In this document: piece after piece, positions 32,431-43,913 of the stretch
How positions within the stretch are numbered: position 1 is the stretch's first letter
Layout: the number at the start of each line of letters is the position of its first letter
DNA from: Chloropicon primus
Lineage: Eukaryota
Direction: 5' to 3'
Assembly: GCA_023205875.1 (NCBI GenBank)
Contig: CP060754.1
Coordinates: 1,488,001 to 1,552,000 of the forward strand
DNA: 64,000 nt
The notes under the pieces: generated by a model
The model's database searches: none
Seen by the model: only the letters and a program-made list of their open reading frames with translations
Told to the model about the DNA's origin: nothing
Translations under genes and position numbers: made by a program

Positions 32431-33771
32431 TTACTTCTTCTTGGCAGCAGCCTTGGTGACCTTTCCGGAAGCCTCCTTCTTCTCGACGGACTTGATGACA
32501 CCGACGGCGACGGTCTGCCTCATGTCTCTGACAGCGAATCTACCAAGAGGTGGGTAGGTCTTGAAGGACTCAACACACATAGGCTTGGATGGAACCAAGT
32601 TGACCAAACCGGCCTCTCCGTTCTTCAAGAACTTAGGGTTGTCCTCAAGCTTCTTACCGGAACGCTTGTCCATCTTGACCTGGAGCTCGTTGAACTTGCA
32701 GGCAATATGGGAGGTATGGCAATCAAGAACTGGGCAGTATCCCTGGGAGATCTGGCCAGGGTGGTTCATGATGATGACCTGGGCGACGAAGGAGGCGGCC
32801 TCCTTGGCTGGGTCGTTCTTGGAGTCGGAGGCGACATATCCTCTCTTGAGCTCCTTGACGGAAACGTTCTTGACGTTGAATCCGACGTTGTCACCGGGGA
32901 TGGCCTGGTCGAGGGACTCGTGGTGCATCTCGACGGACTTGACCTCGGTGGTGAGTCCACCAGGGGCGAAGACGACGACCATACCAGGCTTGATGATACC
33001 GGTCTCGACTCTTCCGACTGGGACCGTTCCGATACCGCCGATCTTGTAGACGTCCTGAAGTGGAAGTCTGAGTGGCTTGTCGGATGGCCTCACTGGTGGA
33101 GAGCACTGGTCGAGGGCCTCCAAGAGGGTAGGTCCCTTGTACCAGTCCATGTTGGTAGACCTCTCAATCATGTTATCTCCCTGGAATCCGGAGATAGGGA
33201 CGAAGTTGATCTTGTCTGGGTTGTATCCAACCTTCTTCAAGTATCCGCCGACCTCCTTGACGATCTCGTTGTACCTGTCCTTGGAGTACTTTGGCTCGGT
33301 GGCGTCCATCTTGTTCAAGGCGACGATCATCTGCTTGACTCCCAAGGTGAAGGAGAGCAAAGCGTGCTCCCTGGTCTGGCCATCCTTAGAGATACCGGCC
33401 TCGAATCCTCCGTTGGTGGAGTCAATGATGAGGACGGAGCAATCGGCCTGGGAGGTTCCGGTAATCATGTTCTTGATGAAATCTCTATGGCCGGGGGCGT
33501 CGATGACGGTACAGTGGTACTTTGGGGTCTCGAACTTCCACAAGGCGATATCGATGGTGATACCTCTCTCTCTCTCGGCCTTCAGCTTATCGAGGACCCA
33601 GGCGTACTTGAAAGACCTCTTGTTCATCTCGGCGGCCTCCTTCTCGAACTTCTCGATGACACGCTTGTCGATACCTCCCAACTTGTAGATCAAGTGACCG
33701 GTGGTAGTGGACTTTCCACTATCGACGTGCCCGATGACGACGATGTTAAGATGAAGCTTCTCCTTTCCCAT
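32431..33771 (-). CDS. EF1A: Translation elongation factor 1-alpha (canonical, not EFL)
   Basis: [53 protein letters not shown] and [21 protein letters not shown]; intronless CDS with a distinct codon bias. Confidence 0.98.
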   Translation of the reverse strand: MGKEKLHLNIVVIGHVDSGKSTTTGHLIYKLGGIDKRVIEKFEKEAAEMNKRSFKYAWVLDKLKAERERGITIDIALWKFETPKYHCTVIDAPGHRDFIKNMITGTSQADCSVLIIDSTNGGFEAGISKDGQTREHALLSFTLGVKQMIVALNKMDATEPKYSKDRYNEIVKEVGGYLKKVGYNPDKINFVPISGFQGDNMIERSTNMDWYKGPTLLEALDQCSPPVRPSDKPLRLPLQDVYKIGGIGTVPVGRVETGIIKPGMVVVFAPGGLTTEVKSVEMHHESLDQAIPGDNVGFNVKNVSVKELKRGYVASDSKNDPAKEAASFVAQVIIMNHPGQISQGYCPVLDCHTSHIACKFNELQVKMDKRSGKKLEDNPKFLKNGEAGLVNLVPSKPMCVESFKTYPPLGRFAVRDMRQTVAVGVIKSVEKKEASGKVTKAAAKKK

Positions 33772-34679
33772 GGTTGTTTTTTTTTCTCGAAGACTGAACA
33801 ACACACACACAAAAAAAAAAGGAGAACGTGGCCCATGCAGAGACAGAGACAAAGAGGATGTTTGTCAGGACAAAGGCTCCTCGAACACGGCTGGAGGGGA
33901 CGAGGGCGAGGACGCGAGGACGCGAGGACGAGGCCAGGAAACCCAAAACTTCGCCAGGCCCCCGCGATCGCACACAACCCAAACGGGAACCAAACAATCC
34001 AAAAAAAAAACGGGGGGATCGGGGATCTGTCCCAAACGGGAACGAACGAAAGACGCCGGCCGCGAGAGACCTCGTTCGAAAGGTCGCGTCACGGCCAAAG
34101 CGTTGTCTTCTTCCCTCGTCAAGGCTCTCGTCTTCAACAAGGTCCTCCGATCGGAAACACACCCCTTGTTCGATCGCGATCGTCTTACCTTGTTCGACGG
34201 CTGTTCGTTTTTTTCTGTGCTCCCCCCCCCTTGACGCGTCTTCTGCCCCCGTGAGGCTCGGGCTGGCGGCGGCTCTCCCCCCCAAGATGGAATTACCACT
34301 TGGAAGGGACGAGAAAAATAATATCAAACAGAAGGGGAACCGAGGACGACCGGAGAGTAGATATCGTGTTTTTTTTGCGGCGCCGCAAGAAGACGTTGAG
34401 GAGGGGGAGAACGGAGTGTACGGCGGTGCACCCGTCTGTAGAGGCAGCAGCAGCAGCAGCAGCAGCATCCGAGCTGGGCTGTACGATTGCCATGTGGGGT
34501 CCAGACCTGGCTTGGAAGAGTCCTTTCTCTATTCCTCCCCATCGAAGAATCCAAGGGTGTTGAGCAAGCTCGGCATTGAATCTTGGTTTTACAATTGTGT
34601 GTTGTGTGCGTTAAAGTACAATAGTAGTAGTGTTGCTTTGTGTCTTGTTGTACAACAGCCTCGCCTCCCCCGCCTCGCT

Positions 34680-37463
34680 TCACTTCCCTTCACCCAATCC
34701 TCCCCCTCCTCCTCCTCCTCCTCCCTTTTGCTGCTCCTTCCGGCGGTGGCACACGAAGTGGATGAGCCTCCCGTCGTCCTTGTCCACCACGAAGACGGAG
34801 TTCTGCACCCTCTTGTAGCAGAACTTGCAAACGCTCTCCGGGTGGACCACCACGGACTGCTTCTGGTGGTTGATGAGCTCGCTCCTTACCTGCAGGGCCT
34901 CCTGCTTGGTCAGGGACTTGAGGATGCTCATCTTCTTCCTCTCCTGCAGGCTGTGGGAGAAGGAGGCCTTGAGGTACTCTATGAGTTCGTACAGGGGGGT
35001 GGCCTCCGGGAGGATGCCGAGGACCTGGACCAAATCGATCCGGTCGCAGCGCTCCGTCATGAGGTCAAGAATTCTCCCCATGCGGCCCTCGCCCTCTCCG
35101 CTCTCCAGGAGGATGCGCATCAGGTCGAGGTAGACGTTCAGGTCCCCGTCGCCGGGGCTCTGGCTGAGGCCCCCCGCCCCCGGGCCGCCGCCGTCCCCGC
35201 TCAGCAGCTTGCCGTTTCCTCCCGCGGCGCTCTGGTACACCCCCTCGCAGTACCGCAGGGCGAGGTCCTCGCTCCCGAGCCCGTGGATGTAAATCCCGAG
35301 GGCCTCCCGGTGCTTGCCCAGCCTCCGGAGGAGGAGGGCCCTCTCCTCCAGCATGTGGCCCTCCGGCAGCTGGGAAAGGAGCCACTCGGGCGAGAAACCC
35401 TCCGAGGTCGCGAGCAGGCTCTGAAGCCTCTCCCTGTAACCGGCGACCTCCTCCTTGGCGTCCTGCCCCTCGCCCCCGGCCCGGCCGTCCGCACCCAGCC
35501 TGCTCACCACCTCGTCCAGCAGCAGGATGATGAGCTTGTCCTGCAAGCCCTTGAGGTCCCCGCCCTCCTTGGAGATGAGGAACTCCAAGTACTTGATCCG
35601 AAGGCCCGGAGCGTAGTCCTTGAGGTGCTCCAGGACCTTCTCCGAGCTCAGGGAGGGGTACCGGTACGTGAAGATCCGGAATGCTCCCTGCGGGTCGTAC
35701 TGGACGATCCACTTGCTGTGCTCCAGGACCAAGTCCTCGTGCTGGTCGTCCAAATAAAGCAGGTACTCGATGGAGGCGTTTGTCCCCTTGAGGTTGTTGA
35801 TGGTCGACTCGTGGGGCGGGACTTGAAACGTGTCCGGCCGAATCACCAGCGACTTGAGCATCCCCAGGGCCTCGTGGTGCCTCTCGAGCTGCCTGTACAG
35901 CAAAATCAGCTCGATGTAATGCCCCTTCTTCTGCAAGACTTGCTCCGCCTCGGCGATGTCCACGTTGTTCTTCTCCTGCAGGAACTTGAGCATCTGGTCC
36001 CAGTCCTCCAGCACGAGAAAGCAGTGGAGCAGCCCCGTGTCGACCAGCTGGATCAGGTCGATCCCGCCCCAGCCCTCCTCCACGGCGTCCTCGATGAGGC
36101 CGTCGTTGTTCTCCAGGACCCCAAAGGAGCTCCTCCTGTTCGAGTCCCTCTTCTCCTTGCAGAACTCCAGGATCTTCCGCCGCTGCTGCAGCAGGTACGG
36201 CAGCAGGGCCTTGAAGGCGGGCACGTCGCTGACTTCGCTCCGGTCGGGGTACCTGCAGTCCTTCAACACCACCAGCTTGGGGAGGGATTGGACGGCGACC
36301 CTCGCGGCCTCCGGAAGGAGGCTCGGGTACAGCCTGAGCACGTGCCTCGGGCTCTTGCTGCTCAGCGAGAATTGCCTGATGGCTTCCGTGTACATTTTCC
36401 TCGCGAAGAGGGCCCACCCGTACCTCTGGTGGAGGCCGCTTTTGGTGATCCGCCAGACGTGGTCCTCGTCCGACATGCTGTCGCACAGCCTGAGGGCCTC
36501 CTCAAACTCCCCGCTTTTCCCAAGCTGCTGAATCTGCTCGAGCAGGGGGACGCACGACAGCATGTGGATCGAAGACTGCGACCCGAGGAGGAGGTTGCCC
36601 TTCCCCGAGTGAGAACTCGAGGAGCAGAAGGAAACGTTCTTGAGGGAGATGGTCTGCACCACGGCGTGGGAGGACTCCCGGTGGAGCGACCTCACCTCGA
36701 TCAGGTTCTTCAGGACAGCGATTGCGTACGGGCTGATGACTTGCATGTGGGCCGGTTGCTCGCTCCAGCTCACCCCAAACTTCCTCGTGAGCTTGCCATC
36801 GAGCCCCACGAAGACCCCAACGTTGTCCTTCAGCAGAAGCAGCTCGTTGTACGGCAGCTGCAGTATCTTCGGGGACTGCGTGGACTTTCCAGTGGGGATC
36901 ACCTCGGTGTACGCCCCGCTCGAGAGGTTGAAGAGCTGGTACTCCTTCTTCTGGGCGACGATGATGTACTCCCCGCACCACTCGACCCTCTTGATGGTCT
37001 CGCTGATTGGAAACTCCTGGAGCTCCGTGAACTCCCCCTCGAACCACTGGAATATCAGCAGCTTCTTCTTGGTGCAGACGCAGAGCAAGGTCTCCTGCTT
37101 GTTCACACAGAAGCAGGCCGGGTTCTTGGTCTTCGGGATGAGCTTCAGGGAGGGCGAGGAGTTGAGGCCCCCGCCCTCCAGGCTCGCCAGCTGGAAGAGG
37201 CCGACGCCATCGTCCGCTTGGGTCAGTATGTAGCCGTGCACCCTCAAGTACCTCAAGCACGTGATGGTCTTGCGGGAGAAGGACTTGACAGCGTTGAGGA
37301 CCTGCCAGGGGCTTCCAGGGGCCGCCCTCGCGTCCGGCTTTAAGCTCAGGAGAGTCCCATCCGAAGTCGTCGCAAGGATGCAAGACTCGCTGCAGAACTC
37401 CGCAGCCTCCAGCCTCAACCCCGGCGCGTTGATCACCGTCGTGCAGCGGATTGCCTCATGCAT
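34680..37463 (-). CDS. VPS39: VPS39/Vam6 (TGFBRAP1-like) HOPS/CORVET subunit
   Basis: N-terminal CNH-like propeller, LVDTGLLHCF, ERALLLRRLGKHREAL (CHCR-like) and C-terminal CKFCYKRVQNSVF...IHFVC. Confidence 0.85.
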   Translation of the reverse strand: MHEAIRCTTVINAPGLRLEAAEFCSESCILATTSDGTLLSLKPDARAAPGSPWQVLNAVKSFSRKTITCLRYLRVHGYILTQADDGVGLFQLASLEGGGLNSSPSLKLIPKTKNPACFCVNKQETLLCVCTKKKLLIFQWFEGEFTELQEFPISETIKRVEWCGEYIIVAQKKEYQLFNLSSGAYTEVIPTGKSTQSPKILQLPYNELLLLKDNVGVFVGLDGKLTRKFGVSWSEQPAHMQVISPYAIAVLKNLIEVRSLHRESSHAVVQTISLKNVSFCSSSSHSGKGNLLLGSQSSIHMLSCVPLLEQIQQLGKSGEFEEALRLCDSMSDEDHVWRITKSGLHQRYGWALFARKMYTEAIRQFSLSSKSPRHVLRLYPSLLPEAARVAVQSLPKLVVLKDCRYPDRSEVSDVPAFKALLPYLLQQRRKILEFCKEKRDSNRRSSFGVLENNDGLIEDAVEEGWGGIDLIQLVDTGLLHCFLVLEDWDQMLKFLQEKNNVDIAEAEQVLQKKGHYIELILLYRQLERHHEALGMLKSLVIRPDTFQVPPHESTINNLKGTNASIEYLLYLDDQHEDLVLEHSKWIVQYDPQGAFRIFTYRYPSLSSEKVLEHLKDYAPGLRIKYLEFLISKEGGDLKGLQDKLIILLLDEVVSRLGADGRAGGEGQDAKEEVAGYRERLQSLLATSEGFSPEWLLSQLPEGHMLEERALLLRRLGKHREALGIYIHGLGSEDLALRYCEGVYQSAAGGNGKLLSGDGGGPGAGGLSQSPGDGDLNVYLDLMRILLESGEGEGRMGRILDLMTERCDRIDLVQVLGILPEATPLYELIEYLKASFSHSLQERKKMSILKSLTKQEALQVRSELINHQKQSVVVHPESVCKFCYKRVQNSVFVVDKDDGRLIHFVCHRRKEQQKGGGGGGGGGLGEGK

Positions 37464-38305
37464 TATTCGTCGTTGGGCAATTCATGAACAGCGCATATCA
37501 AAACAAGTCACGCCGGAGAGAGACAAAGAGAGAGACAGAGAGACAGAGAGAGAGAGAGAAGGGAGGCGAACGGAGGCCGAAAGTATCCGAGCGACGAAAC
37601 CCCTCTCCTCTCCCTGTGTGTGTGGTCTGAATCCTTTCGGTTCGCTGGCAACGAAGAAGAAGAAGAAGAAGAAAGGGCTTCTCCGTCAGGAAACCAAGCT
37701 TGGTGCGAGGAAAAGAATATGTCGAAGAGGTAAGACTGGAGCGCAAACCTTCGGCGAAACCAGCCAGACATAAAACTCTCGAAACAGTAAATTTCGCAAA
37801 CCTTCGGCTTCACAACGTCCACGGCAGAAAAGGACAAGGAGAATTTGACATAGTTTGCACAAAAACGAAACGAAACGAAAGGACGAGGATCCTTCGTCGG
37901 TCCGTCACGTCCTCGTCGTCGTCGTCCACTCACCTCGTCGGTCTCGACCGTCGCGAACAGAAACCGCCTCTGGAAGCGGCGCCAACCCTCGGAGGATATA
38001 TTTCCGTACGGAAATGTTGCGTGAAGAAACCAAATTAAGGATTTTTGGGATCAGCAGAGGATGTGCCCTGCAGATGCAGACTTTTGTGATCCTGCGACGA
38101 AAACGGCTGACATCACTCCGTGGATGGTGGCGCGTCTCCCGTGACGGAGCAGCAAAGAGACCAACTTTGTGGTCAGGTGCCTCTGCTCCTCTCGGTGACC
38201 TCGGTGGAAGGGCGCCGTGAAGGGAGGGGACTCGTCTGTCTGGTGGATTCGTGGATTGATTGAGGATTTGAGGATTGAGGGTTGAGGGTTGTGATCAGGA
38301 GGAGG

Positions 38306-40600
38306 ATGAGGACGGAATCGGTGCTCGCGCAGCATCGCCGAGGCGTTTTGGCGTCGTTGTTCGCCGCCATCGCCCTGTCGTCGCTCGCCGTTGTCGCGCG
38401 AGCCTTGCCGGAGGCATACGCGCAGCAGGGAAATTACCCGGTGACCACGACCGTGCTGACCGTGCCGAGGAGCGAGGGGCTCGGCCTCCCCTTCCAGTGC
38501 ACGGTGTACTACCCGACGAATGCCGGGGCCGGGGGGGGCAAGTGCACCGACGTGGCCTCCTGCTACCTGCAGAGCGTGTCGACCCCCCAGGACGCCCCGG
38601 TGTCCTCGGACGGCAACTTTCCCCTCGTCGCCTTCGGCCTCAACACCTTCATCAGCGGCCAGGAAGTTTACGGGTCCACGATGAGGCACATCGCGTCTCA
38701 CGGCTTCGTGGTCGCCGCGACCAACTCGCGGTTCATCCAGCCGGCCGCTGAGGCGATCGAGATGGTGGACTGCATCCGAGCCCTGCAGAGGCAGCAGAAC
38801 GAGGCTGGGAGCAAGTTCTACCAGAAGCTGAATTTGGGGGTGAAGGTTGGCGTTCTGGGGTACTCCCAGGGCGGAGCGGCGAGCCTGGACACGGCGGCGC
38901 GCCTGGGGGACGACTGCGCTGCCTGCATCACGCAGCACGCCCAGCCCTCCATGATGGCCAGCCAGATCAAGTGCCCCGTCTTCATGCACAGCGGCGACCA
39001 GGATTCCCTCACGGGCATCATGAAGGCGATGATTTGGGGCGGAGTGCGGACGCCCAAGGTGTTCGCCATCATGAGGGGGGCCCACCACCTCACGCCCGTG
39101 CCGCCGTCCCCCTGGGATCCTTGGTCCCTGGCCTGGCTGAGGCTGTACCAGAAGGGCGACATGCAGGCGGGGGACTACATCTGGGGCACGGCCGCGACGG
39201 TGGGCTCGCTCAGGTCCCTCCAGATGTCCGGTGGAATGTCAGAGGTCTTGTTTGATCCGACGGCTCCTTGGTCCAGGCCCTACTCGCAGTACGGCCTTCA
39301 GGTGGGACCAGCGGCGCAAGGCACCTTCAGCGTCCTTCCCACACAAGAGAAGAGCGCTGCTGGTGCTGCGGCACCGGCAAGCGCAGCGGGATCACCGTGG
39401 AATCAACCGGCGGCGGCTCCCCAAATGCAGGCGCCCGGGAGAGGACCGTCGTCGATGCTCGGCATGTTCGCCCCAGGCGGCGGTGGGTCGCCTTCCATGT
39501 TTGGCATGCCTGGCTTGATGGGATCGGGCTCCCCGTCCGCTTCGGGGACCTCGAGTCCGTTCTCTTTCCTGCAGAGCCTGATGGGACGGTACGGCGGATC
39601 CGCCATGCCTTCGATGCAGCCGAGCATGGGGATGGGCAACACTCTCAGCAACACCGCTGGCTCTCTGACCGGGGTCACAAACATCCCCGTCACGGAGCAG
39701 GAGACCATCCACCTGGATGCGGTTCAGACGAAGACCACGGGCAGCTGGAACGATCCGTCCATGTCGGCGCCGGCATTGCAGGAGGATGCCCTCGACGTGG
39801 TCATAGAAGAGCAGCACACTTGGAGCCCGATTCGACGGGTCAGCGCGCCGAAGGGGGGGTCGCAGCAGCGGGACATCCAGAGGAAAATTCACGAAAAGCA
39901 AGTGAAAGCTCTCAGCCAAGACCTTGGTGGCCCGTACTGCGAGACCTCGGAGGATTGCTGCTTCCCAGGATCGTGCAGGCTGACGGTGAGCACGGTGGTG
40001 ACGACAAGCATGTGCTCCCTGCCGGGGGGAGGCCTCGGAAAGCTGGCAAGCGACCCCACGTGCAGGAGGGCGTCGTCCAGCGGCGCGGAGAGGGAAGCCG
40101 TGCCGCCGACGAGCGGGAGCTTTGGATCGCCGGACCAGGTGGGCTCTGGCAGCGTGAATCGATTTGCGCTGGCCCCCAAGGCCGCCTCCACATTCCCACA
40201 GCAATCCACCGAGCTCGGCAATGACCCGCCACGGACCGCGGGGGGCGGCCCTTCCCTCAGCCTCGCAGATTGCAACCCGTCGTCCATGACCCTCAGGCTC
40301 GACGACGCCGCCCCCGGATCGACGGTGGTTGTCATGGGGTCGATATACGTTCCCAAGGCCACCCAAGTGGACCAGCTGGTCCTCCTGAGCAACACCCGGT
40401 GTCCCACAATCGACGTCAACATCAAGATGCCAAAGCAGAGCTTGTCGTCCCAATTTCTCAAGACCAAGGTCGTGCAGCCGCAGAGCCAGAACGGCCTCGT
40501 CGTTTTCGACAACACCGATGGCGATGCCTGCAACGATTACGTGTACCAGGCGGTTGACATGACTAACTGCGTGGCAGGACCCGTCCTCGACCTCCGCTAA
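38306..40600 (+). CDS. Secreted alpha/beta hydrolase (cutinase/chlorophyllase-like) with a low-complexity linker and Cys-containing C-terminal domain
   Basis: Signal peptide; HIASHGFVVAA; nucleophile elbow GYSQGG; PVFMHSGDQD; MRGAHH. Confidence 0.8.
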   Translation: MRTESVLAQHRRGVLASLFAAIALSSLAVVARALPEAYAQQGNYPVTTTVLTVPRSEGLGLPFQCTVYYPTNAGAGGGKCTDVASCYLQSVSTPQDAPVSSDGNFPLVAFGLNTFISGQEVYGSTMRHIASHGFVVAATNSRFIQPAAEAIEMVDCIRALQRQQNEAGSKFYQKLNLGVKVGVLGYSQGGAASLDTAARLGDDCAACITQHAQPSMMASQIKCPVFMHSGDQDSLTGIMKAMIWGGVRTPKVFAIMRGAHHLTPVPPSPWDPWSLAWLRLYQKGDMQAGDYIWGTAATVGSLRSLQMSGGMSEVLFDPTAPWSRPYSQYGLQVGPAAQGTFSVLPTQEKSAAGAAAPASAAGSPWNQPAAAPQMQAPGRGPSSMLGMFAPGGGGSPSMFGMPGLMGSGSPSASGTSSPFSFLQSLMGRYGGSAMPSMQPSMGMGNTLSNTAGSLTGVTNIPVTEQETIHLDAVQTKTTGSWNDPSMSAPALQEDALDVVIEEQHTWSPIRRVSAPKGGSQQRDIQRKIHEKQVKALSQDLGGPYCETSEDCCFPGSCRLTVSTVVTTSMCSLPGGGLGKLASDPTCRRASSSGAEREAVPPTSGSFGSPDQVGSGSVNRFALAPKAASTFPQQSTELGNDPPRTAGGGPSLSLADCNPSSMTLRLDDAAPGSTVVVMGSIYVPKATQVDQLVLLSNTRCPTIDVNIKMPKQSLSSQFLKTKVVQPQSQNGLVVFDNTDGDACNDYVYQAVDMTNCVAGPVLDLR

Positions 40601-40725
40601 CCCGGTTCCAGATCCCTCCTTTTAATACAACAGCATCCAAAACCTTCCCTTTGATCCCCCTGGCCCTTCCCTTGATCAGAGGAAAGTCTGCAACGAAAGC
40701 ATCTGTCACCTGTGAGGTTCAAATC

Positions 40726-43700
40726 ATGGCACGGCGCTTCCTTGTGTTCCTCCTCGGCCTCCTCGGGTCGATATGCGTGGGGCAAGGGGGAAGGGGAGCC
40801 ACAGGAGCGGGAGCTGGACGCCACGGTGGGGTCCAGTCCGTTTTGGTTGTGTGCGATTTGTATCCTTACGGCTCACCCATCTTCGATGAGCTCGAAGAGA
40901 CTTGGCTCCACCTCGCCAGACACCTTGGTCGCCAGGGGCACAACGTGACGCTCGTGCCGATCGCGGACGCCGCGGTGGACTACGCTGGAAAGTACGTCGT
41001 GTCCTCGCTGGACGCCAAGGTGAAGGCTCTCAAGCTGGTAGTGGACGAGGAGGACAACGGCGACGACGACCTGAACTCCGAGGTGATTTCGGCGAATCTT
41101 ATCGACACTCCAGTGTTTCACAACTTTGCGACGCCTTCGCGAACGATCCACAAGTAAGTGTGCGGTGCCGGCAATGAGACCAATGCGCTTGCTTCCTCGC
41201 TGACAACGCCCTTTCCCTCTCCTCCCAGCGCCTACACGTTGTACACGTTCTTGAAGCAGAGGTGTAGAACTGAGAACGCTGGCCGGGCACCCCCGGGCGG
41301 AGAGTGCGACTTTGATGCCGTCTACTTCACGGACTGGGGGGGGTTGGCATACTACTGTCTCCTGGCGAAAGAGCAGGGCCTCTTCTTCCAAGACGTCAGT
41401 TTCATCGAGGTGCGGAGCGTTGGAACCAGACTCCAGCACGCTGGCCTCCGCGGCGTGGTTCCTACTACGGACCTGCTTGGAAGCATCGATGACCTTCAGA
41501 CGGCTCACATGGAGATCGAAAGCAGTCAGAGGGCAACCGGGGTCCTGTATCCCTCTGATTTCGTCGCGCCCGCCCGCTTCAAGGGTGCTGCCGAGGCCAA
41601 GGCCAAGGCGAAAGGGAGCCTCGACGTGGAGATAGTCTTTGTCGGCTCCTTAACTCAAGCGGACGGGATCGACATGTTTACAAGTGCGGTGGAGAAGCTC
41701 TGCAAGCACATCGTCGCGGAGAAGGCAGAGAGACGCCTTCGTGTGACTTTCTTGGGCCGCAAGCTTTACTTTTCTGGGGAATCTGCGCCCTCGAGAAGAA
41801 AGCAGCTGAGCCGGTCAAAGGTTGAAAACTATTTCGATGAATGGGTGGCTTGGGCGGGGAGCGAGTTCAAGGAGGTGCTGAGCTTGAATCACCACAATGT
41901 TGGCCTCCAGCAGCAAGTGGGCTACTTCAAGCAAAACCCAGGTGCTGTTGCAGTGCTGTGCAACACCGATCTGAAGCAAAACTTCGTCCTGAACGTTCTC
42001 ATGCTGAACGACGTGAATGTACTGGCTCCCGCCGCGAATCCAGGGGCCGGGGACCAATGTCATTTCAAGCCAACTTCCAGCGGATTGCACAGAGCCTTGA
42101 CCAAGATGGTGCATGGCAGTCTCCCGGGACCACAATGCCTGCGTGGCCACGGAAACTCGACCCTTGGGTTTGTCCCTGACAGCGCAGCCCCCAAGTCGCG
42201 AGAGCCATCCGTTCCAGCGGGGGGCAGTGGGGGGGCGCCTCGGGAGGTCGAAGGCAGGGGGGAGATCCTCGTCACCTGCGTGGTCACCCATTACAACAGG
42301 GGCTCCTTCCTCTTGCAAGCGTTGGCATCGCTGCTTGAGCAGACGCACAAGAAGCTGGAGATCATCGTCGTGGACGACGGGTCCACGGACGAGAGCTCGA
42401 TTGACGTTCTCGATTCTCTGGACAGAAAATACAGCGAGAGCTGCGGCAATGACGACGGGGAGGGGCCGTGCGTCAAAGTTGTGAGAATCGAGAACTCTTA
42501 CCTTGGTGGCGCGAGAAATGTTGGCTTGCGCATGGCACAAGGCGACTTTGTGCTCTTCATGGATGACGACAATTACGCGAAACCTTACGAAGTGTCGACG
42601 TTCCTCCAAGCGATGCAGGACACCAAAAGCGACATCGCTGCGTGTGCCAGTGAATACCTGGCGAGCTCCCTGGATCCCCAAGTGGCATTCAACCGCTCGC
42701 TGCACAGGCAGGAGAGGAGCGGACCAAAAGTCCACATCCCACTGGGTCCTTCGGTTGCGAGCGGTTTGTTCTCGAACGTCTATGGCGACGCGAACCTGAT
42801 GCTGAGGAAGGCCACCTGCGCCACATTCTCCTGGCCAGAGGATGACTCGTACGCTGTCCAGGACTGGGAGGTGCTTGCCAGGGAGAGTGCCAGGAACTTG
42901 CGCAAGGTGACTCTGATCCCGGAGCCACTTTTTTACTACAGGACCACATCCACGTCGATGGCCCAGACCGCGAGCTTGTCCCGCATCTCAAAGCACTCGG
43001 ACCAGCTGTACATGCGAGCCTTCATGGAGGAGCTCCCGCTGAACCTGGGGCCTTTGGTTCCCTATGCCGTGGACCTCAAGCTTCAGCTGGAGGAAGTGAG
43101 GAAAGAGCGCAAGGAGCTGGAGAGGAAGAGGAAGATGCTCACCGCAGTGCTGAAGCCCTTGGTTGTGGAGCACTGCAAGTACCAAAAGCGTTTCAACGCC
43201 GACCCATTCAGCAAGAACCTCCTGATGAACTCCAACTTCATGGAGTGGAACCAGCTGGAGGCGTACCAGAGGACGGGCCAGCTGGCGAGACGATGGAACC
43301 GTTACGAGACCGGGTACGCCTTCACCCCCGAAGGAATTGTCGAGTCGAACATCTCGTCCCCAGCCTGCCTGGTGAAGTTGGACAACATCGGGAAAGTTGC
43401 GGGAGCCATGCAGGAAGTCGTCCTGATGCAAAAGGAGCCCAAGCCTTTGCTGCTGCACGGTTGGAGCAAGGCCCTCAACGTGTCGGGTGCCGGGCAGCCG
43501 GCCGACTACTCCCTCTACGCGGACATCACGTTCAGGGACTGGACTCATGCTTGGGGAGAGTACTGCCCCTTTGACCAGGACAAGGAAGGCTGGCAGGAGT
43601 CCTTCGGTGTCATCGACTTCGACAAGCCGATCCACTCCGTTGTGGTTGTGCTGATGTTCCGGTGGAGGACAGGGGCAGCCGCTTTCGACAATGTGTCACT

Positions 43701-43752
43701 CACGAACTTGGGCGATGGGATTTGCGGCTGCAACTTCGATGACCTGGCGTGA
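40726..43752 (+). CDS. Multidomain glycosyltransferase: GT-B-like N-terminal part, GT2 domain and C-terminal beta domain (intron 41154-41228)
   Basis: N-terminal signal/anchor; FTDWGGLAYYCLLAKEQG; VTCVVTHYNRG...EIIVVDDGSTD, YLGGARNVG and FVLFMDDDN. Confidence 0.85.
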
Positions 43753-43913
43753 GTCGAGTCGAGGGGTCTGGAGCCAAAGGGCCAGGGCGCGCTCGGCTGC
43801 CCTCGTCAGAGAGAGAGGAGGACAATGGCACAGGGCTCCATGGACTCCCTCCGTGATGGCGCAGACACCAACGCGTAACGTCGTTTGTATCTAGATTATC
43901 TTTACATCGCATA

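Noticed and set aside
32365..34254. 629-aa plus-strand ORF
   Set aside because: Antisense shadow of EF-1alpha.
33828..37343. 1171-aa plus-strand ORF
   Set aside because: Antisense shadow of VPS39, explained by GC-rich codon bias; no recognisable motifs.
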